This document shows, piece after piece, positions 57,401 through 64,000 of a DNA stretch of 64,000 nucleotides (positions within the stretch are counted from its first letter, which is position 1; the number at the start of each line of letters is the position of its first letter). The notes under the pieces are model-generated. The model was given only the letters and a program-made list of their open reading frames with translations, had not been told where the DNA came from and searched no databases. A program made the position numbers and the translations under genes. The stretch comes from Octopus vulgaris. Its lineage: Eukaryota. The stretch lies in the NCBI GenBank assembly GCA_951406725.2, contig OX597834.1, positions 23,374,001 through 23,438,000 of the forward strand, written 5' to 3'.

Positions 57401-60400
57401 GCGTGTGTGTATGTATGTAAGACAAGAAATAATTTTTGCCTTTTTTTATGGAGACAAAAAGGGTTTATAGGACTGCATAAAAGAAGTGCTGAAATAAAAG
57501 CAGAAACAAAAGAGACAGCTTGTATGATGGTGTTTTTTGATTTACAACTATCTCAGAATGTCAAAGCAAGGGAGAGACACACACACGGACAGTGTCTTTT
57601 GATTCTAGTCTGCCACAAAAATATGTCTGATCATGGAGAAATATTACCTTTCCTTGGAAACCAGTGTAGTTAGCAACAAGATTAACATCCAACGATTGAG
57701 AATCTACCTCGACATTTTCCGTGTGACCCTTGCAAGCCTGGAAAAGTGGATGTTGTCAGGCTTCTTTCAGTTTCTGTCTACCAAATCACTTATGGCTGTA
57801 GTTGGTTTGAAGCTACAATAGAAAAGACACTTGTCCAAGGTGCCACACTGAGATTGAACTCCAAACCTTGTGATCATAAAGCAAACTCTATAACAATTCA
57901 TCCATGCTTGGGAGCAGTTATGGCCTCATAGAATGGTGTCCCAGGTTTTGGTCTCGCAGGAGAGAATTAAGTAGCAACCTATATTTGATTCTAGGCTCCC
58001 AGGAAGCTGAAAGATGAGTTACTTGATAAGATTTGAACTCAGATGATGGACATCCATAACTAAATACAGCAATGTATTTTGTTTGATTTCTGCCAATCCA
58101 TACATGACGTGGAGATGAATTATTTAATTGGTTTATTAATTCATATCAGAACGTTATTTAGTTATATCCTGTGAGTCAAACCATTAATTATTGTGATGTA
58201 TTTTTCTAAAAAATAAAAACAATTTGAATGTACAAAATAAAGCAGGTGCTGATGTGGTTAACAGCTCAATTTTCTTAATAACTTAAAGGTGTGGGGTTTG
58301 ATCTCACACCATGGTGCCTTAGGTAAGTCGTCATCATCTGCTTTGCATGCTAGCATGGGTAGGATGGCTTGACAGAACCATTGAGCTGAAGGGCTGCATC
58401 AGGCTCCGATGTCATCTTTGGTAGGGTTTCTACAGCTGGATACTTTTCCTAACACCCCAAACTATAGAGTGGACTGATTGATTTTCTCTTGCCCCCAGTG
58501 TTTGACTCTAGCCACAGACCAACCATAGCTTTTGAGTAAATGGACTTAGAAACTGAAAGAACCCTGTTGTATGTGTGAGTGTTTGTCTTGTTTTGTCATC
58601 ACAATAGTTGTAAATGAGTTTCATCGTCCCGCAAACTGTGTCATCTGTTTTCTGTCTTCCATGGAAGCATGTCTGGTCATGGGGGAAAATACTATATTTG
58701 GAAAGGAGTGAAGAATTGGCAATAAAAAACTGCATCTGGCTGTAGAAAATCTGCCTCAGCAAATTCCGTCTGACCCATGTGAGCATGGAAGAAATTTTGA
58801 GATGTTCACATCTTTTATTAGATACACTTAAGGTGGCAGGCTGGCAGAATTGTTAGTGCACCAGACAAGTTCAACTGTTGCTACATTCTGAGTTCAAATT
58901 CTGCTGTAGTCAACTTTACCGTTCATCCTTTTGGGGTTAATAAAATTAGTATCAATTGAACATGGGGGTCGGTGTGGTCGACTCCTCCTCCCCACCAAAA
59001 TTGATGCCGTTGTGGCAAAATTTGAAACCATTATTAGATATACAAACATCCTATCTTTTTCATTCATTGGGCTGTGGCCATGCTGGGGTCCTTTCTTGAA
59101 AGGGTTTTAGGAAGTCTGGTACTTATTCTATCAGTCTCTTGCTAAACTGATAATTTATGGGGACATAACCAAACCAACACCAGTTGTGAAGCAGTGGGGA
59201 GATACAGAGACATATGACAGGCTTCCACGTAGTTTCCGTCTACCAAATTCACTTCCAAGGCTTTGGGTTGCCAAAGGAACCTCACTGCTTAAGAAACTCA
59301 CTTTGCAATCTTGTGGTTTGGGGTTCAGTCCCACTACATGACACTTGGAGCAACTAGCTCCTTCTATAGCCCTAGGCCAGCCAATGTCTCGTGAGTCAAT
59401 TTGGTAGAGAGAAGCTGTGTGGAAGACCGTTCGGTGTTTGATTGTTTACGTTCCCATATATGAGCGGTTCGTCGGAAGGAACAAAATAAGTGTCGTGCTT
59501 TAAAAAATAGGTTGTGGGATTGATTTGTATGACTAAAACCAATAAAATGCGGTGCCCCAGCATGGTCGGCGTCCAATGCCAAACGCGTAAAAGACCAGAT
59601 AACGTCAGAAAACGTGAATTGCGGGGATTTACACAGTTGTTTCCCTTGGTTCCTGATTTTTTTTTTCTGCCGCTGAGTTTTGCAGCAGGATTTGTCGTAA
59701 ATCCATGACTGGCTGTGTTGAGGCACTGCATGGAGGGGACTAGTGGAACAAATTGATCCCTTTCCTTTGTTTTTCTAAGCTTATTCTATCGATGTCTTTT
59801 TAATGAAGTGTTAAGTTAGAGGAATGTAAACAAACAAACGGCTGTCAACAAGGAAACAAACTGCAGAGGAAAAAATATTTAAAAAAAACATCAAAGCACA
59901 AGACATTTTATGGAAATATAAGTTATTTATTACCAAAAATAGAAAATAAAAAAATATAAATTAGATCCCATGAGCCTTCATCAATCTAGAATGTTCTTAG
60001 ATCTTTGTGGCATAAAATTCATTGCAAAAAACCCCAAAAAAACATTAGATCTGTTTTTCTTGTTATAAAAAAATATTATTGTTATTATTATTATTGCTAA
60101 AATATGAATGGTTTAAAAAGAGAAATGTGTAAATGTTGTGAACCGAAAAGATTTGAAAACGTCCAAAATTGTCAGCAGATGTTTGGTGTAGTTTAAGTAG
60201 GTGAATGGATGATGGTGGGAGGATGGAGCAATGAAATAAGTGTCGTTTGTCATGGATATACTCAGTTATATGAGATGTGTGTGTGTGTGTGTATATATAT
60301 ATGCCAGATGCATGTGTATATATATATTTAAAAAAAGGGAGACAACCAAAATGGAACTCAGCAATAGGTTCCACAATCCACCTTAGCATCCATTAGAGTA

Positions 60401-61481
60401 AGATGTGGATCACTAAACTCAGGATGGGCTAGAATGAGCCAAATTGCAGAAAACAGGTGCCTATTGAAAATTTTGTAGAATGTGCACACATTCCAAGTGA
60501 AATGCTGAAATAATTATGTAGTTATGTAATTATTTCAGCATGTTGCTGAAACTTGTGTCTGTCCTATAAAGGTTTGAGTACCACACCTGTTTTCTGCTTA
60601 TTAACTTTTTCTACTACATATATGTATGTATACACACACACACACACATAAGAATTTGGGAACTTCAAGAGAACAGGAAACAATTCATTTTTGACGGTGG
60701 AACACAAAGTAAGCTTTGAATAATACTGTGTAAATATTGGCATATAAAAACCTTTGGTGTTTTGAATTCAAAGGGTGTTTTTAAACCAATATTTATATAC
60801 TGTTATAACTTTATATACATATATATATATATATATATATTGTACCAGTATTTCATCAAGTGAATGATAAATATCATATATATATGAAAATATGTTATGT
60901 AAAAATTATATATATATGTATATATGGAAAAAACTATATGTGTTTAAAAAAAGATTTTCTTAAATTAACTCATATGAAAAGGAATCTTTAAAAAAAAATT
61001 AGTAGACCTACTGGGTGGAAGTTATCTCCCCTGCCTCAAATGCATGCTATATTCACACTTCCATACGTTGTCCCCTCTTGTTTGAGCAATCATCTCTGTA
61101 GATATGAAACTTTTCATATATAAAATATTCTTCATTAAAGGGAATATCTTATGTTTAACAATAAGTATGAACTTTTTGAAATCAATCTCTCAGAGAGAAA
61201 GCAGAAACTGACATGTCTGAAAATCAAAATGGAATGATTCCCAATGAGAGAATTCTAATTATTTTTTTCAGCAATATCTTTCTTTAGTCTAATGTATTTC
61301 AAACTCACTGATGATTGTTAGACAAAACACGAAACCTTAAGACCCATGGAATTGTCTAAGGCAACTGGCCATAGAAAATCTGCCCCAATAAACTCTGCCT
61401 GATTCATGGAAAAGTGATGAGATGATGATGATGATATATATATATATATGTATATGTATATCTGAAAAATGTGTTTGTGTG

Positions 61482-61512
<31 letters not shown>

Positions 61513-61547
61513 CATTATCAGTGCGTATATATATATGTATTTATATA

Positions 61548-62655
61548 AAACCTTCCCAGGCGAAGAATGTACCCCACAATATAGACTGATAGTTAGTGAC
61601 TTCTGGGTAAGGGCTAAATGGATGCCTAGAAGACGACCAGCAAGGAGAAGAAGGGGCTGGAGACTTAAAGATCCCGCAAATGGACAGAGATTTAGAGACA
61701 TATTACTCGAAGCCTTTGATGAAATAGAAGGGGATATAGTTTCCCATGGTGTAGAAGACAACTGGAGGTTCCTTCAGGACAACCTGCTAAGGGCCACTGA
61801 CCAGATCTGTGGATGGTGCAAAGTCCCCTCTCAACCCAAAATAACGTGGTGGTGGAACAATGTTGTTGACAGGGCTATTAGACAAAAGAAACAGGACTGG
61901 AAGAACGGTGGTAGCAGGGAAGCGGTGAGCTGGCAGTAACGTTACCACGCCAGGCGAAATGTGTAGCCGTATTTTGTCTGCCATTACGTTCTGAGTTCAA
62001 ATTCCACCGAGGTTGACTTTGCCTTTCATCCTTTCGGGGGTCGATAAATTAAGTACCAGTTATGCACTGAGGTTGATGTAATTGACTTAATCCGTTTGTC
62101 TGTCCTTGTTTGTCCCCTCTGAGTTTAGCCCCTTGTGGGCAATAAAGAAATAGATCTTTATGTTCCAGTTTTCGGCTCCATACAGAAGAATTAATCCCTT
62201 TGTCTGTCCTTGTTTAGCCCCTTGTGGGTAGTAAAGAAATAGGTGGTAGCAGGGAAGTGTATCAGACTGCCAGAAGGGAAGCTAGGAGGTAAGTTTATTT
62301 AGCCAGAGGGGAAGCAGATAAGAAAAAATCTGCCAATGTTCTGTGCTGTGAGGACGAAAGACTTGAGGTATTTCGTGTTGCAAGACAGTGTGTGAGAGAG
62401 AATCGTGATGTGGTAGGAGAGAAATGTGTTTGCATCGATGATAGTTCACCTGCACTAAATGAGGATGCAAAGAGAGAGGTTTGGAGACGCCACTATGAAA
62501 GGTTGCTGAATAAAGAAAATGAATGGGAGAAAGAGAGTCTACCGAATGTCAACCCAACAGAGGGACCAGCTATCTGAGTTGACAGTACCTTGGTAGATAA
62601 CGCAATTAGAAGTATGAAGACAGGGAAAGCCCCAAGCCCATCAGGAATTACTAAG
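61548..62655 (+). mobile_element. RTE-type LINE ORF fragment interrupted by a SINE (61923-62241, TSD GGTGGTAGCAGGGAAG)
   Basis: KTFPGEECTPQYRLIVSDF...TWWWNNVVDRAIR...REVWRRHYERLLN...MKTGKAP; reading resumes after the duplicated target at 62242-62257. Confidence 0.8.
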
Positions 62656-63569
62656 GCACCATTCGAGCGTGATTGTTACCAGCGTCGCCTTACTGGCACT
62701 CAAGTCCCGTGCTAGCAGGGTATTAAGAGCACCATCCAAGCGTGATCGTTGCCATAGCGACTATCTAACCTCCGTGCCGGTGGCATGTAAAAGACACCAT
62801 TCGAGCGGGATTGTTACCAGCATCGCCTTGCTAGCTCCTGTGCTGGTGGCATGTGTAAAAGATTCGAGTGAGGTCGTTGCCAGTACCGCCTGACTGGCCC
62901 CATGCCGGTGGCACGTAAAAGTACCCACCACACTCTCTGAGTGGTTGGCGATAGGAAGGGCATCCAGCTGTCGAAACTCTGCCAGATCAAGATTGAAGCC
63001 TGGTGCAGCCATCAACCTGGATATTGTCAACATTCGTTCAACTAATCAAACAAATGTTGGCTATGTTTAGGTTGATGTTTAAAATTTTATCTAATGATGG
63101 TGGTTTGTATATTAGGATGTAATATTTTATGACTGCATTATATAAATAACATTCTCCTGAAACAGCTGTCGTGTGAGTGGATATGCTTCATTTCTAATGA
63201 ATCCATATAATAAATAAATATGTAGTGCTCACCGCCACATTGGTGGATAAAAATTCTTTATTTGTGTATTAAGGCTACCTTTGGTTTCATGTTAAGAAAA
63301 TATCTTAACAATTTTTCAAGCTTATCACATGGAGGAATGGCATTTGTCTCTGTTTTGGGTTAATATGGTAGCCTTAATACACAAATAAAGCATATATATA
63401 TATGTGTGCTGGTGAATGAAGGTATGGTGAACTAAGTTTATGTAATGCTTAATGATCCTGGAAATATAAAAGGATGCAATCTGCTCTGTCATGACTACAT
63501 TAAATGAATTTCTGGTGAAACAGTTGTTGCAAACTTGAATAAATGCCATTTGTCTATGATATATATATA

Positions 63570-63875
63570 GGCACTGGAGTGGCTGTGTGGTAAGTAGCTT
63601 GCTTACCAACCATATGGTTCTGGGTTCAGTCCCACTGCATGGCACCTTGAGCAAGTGTCTTCTACTATAGCCTTGGGCTGACCAAAGCCTTATGAGTGGA
63701 TTTGGTAGATGGAAACTGAAAGAAGCTCGTCATATATATGTGTGTGTATGTTTGTGCGTCTGTCCATCACTTGACAACCGATGTCCCCTGTAACTTAGCG
63801 TTTCAGCAAAAGTGACCGATAGAATAAGTGCCAAGCTTACAAAGAAGAAGTCCTGGGGTCGATTTGTTCGACTGA
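63570..63875 (+). mobile_element. tRNA-derived SINE, third family (GGCTGTGTGGTAAG head)
   Basis: GGCTGTGTGGTAAGTAGCTTGC...GGGTTCAGTCCCACTG...GGAAACTGAAAGAAGC; many relatives in the window (e.g. ~2100-2430 minus, 6200-6790 minus, 40610-40890 plus). Confidence 0.75.
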
Positions 63876-64000
63876 AATCAGTTCTGGTCTGACTCCATCT
63901 TGCTTGTCATAGGGAGGGAGCCTGTCTTCCTTGTCAACCCTTAGAAAAGTGCTCTCACGTGGCTAAGAGTTGTTTTTTTACTGTTATCTCTAGCAATGCT

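Noticed and set aside
63155-63172. GAAACAGCTGTC hammerhead half-core
   Set aside because: No upstream CTGANGA or stem I partner found

Overview
Eukaryotic, AT-rich, microsatellite- and SINE-dense DNA. The repeat landscape strongly resembles an Octopus (coleoid cephalopod) genome; this is inferred, not verified. There are three + strand protein genes. (1) The 3' 23 coding exons of HERC1 (WD40 end, second RCC1-like domain, HECT), 1-30064. (2) An intronless NSUN6 tRNA m5C methyltransferase ORF, 33662-35071. (3) A six-exon NABP/SOSS-B single-stranded DNA-binding protein gene, 44577-54013. The most notable signal is in NABP intron 2: three ~153-nt box C/D RNAs spaced ~977 bp apart. Their D-box guide CAGATTATGAGA is complementary to the elongator tRNA-Met(CAU) anticodon arm and places wobble C34 at the D+5 position, so they look like SNORD97/SCARNA97-type tRNA 2'-O-methylation guides in a different host gene. 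A highly base-paired ~255-nt segment follows them just before exon 3. Other observations: a type I hammerhead ribozyme motif, a Helitron nested in a mariner MITE with an empty-site control in the window, long foldbacks, a duplicated splice acceptor in HERC1, and a four-copy motif cluster with TATA upstream of NABP. Tc1/mariner, LINE and tRNA-derived SINE remnants are numerous.
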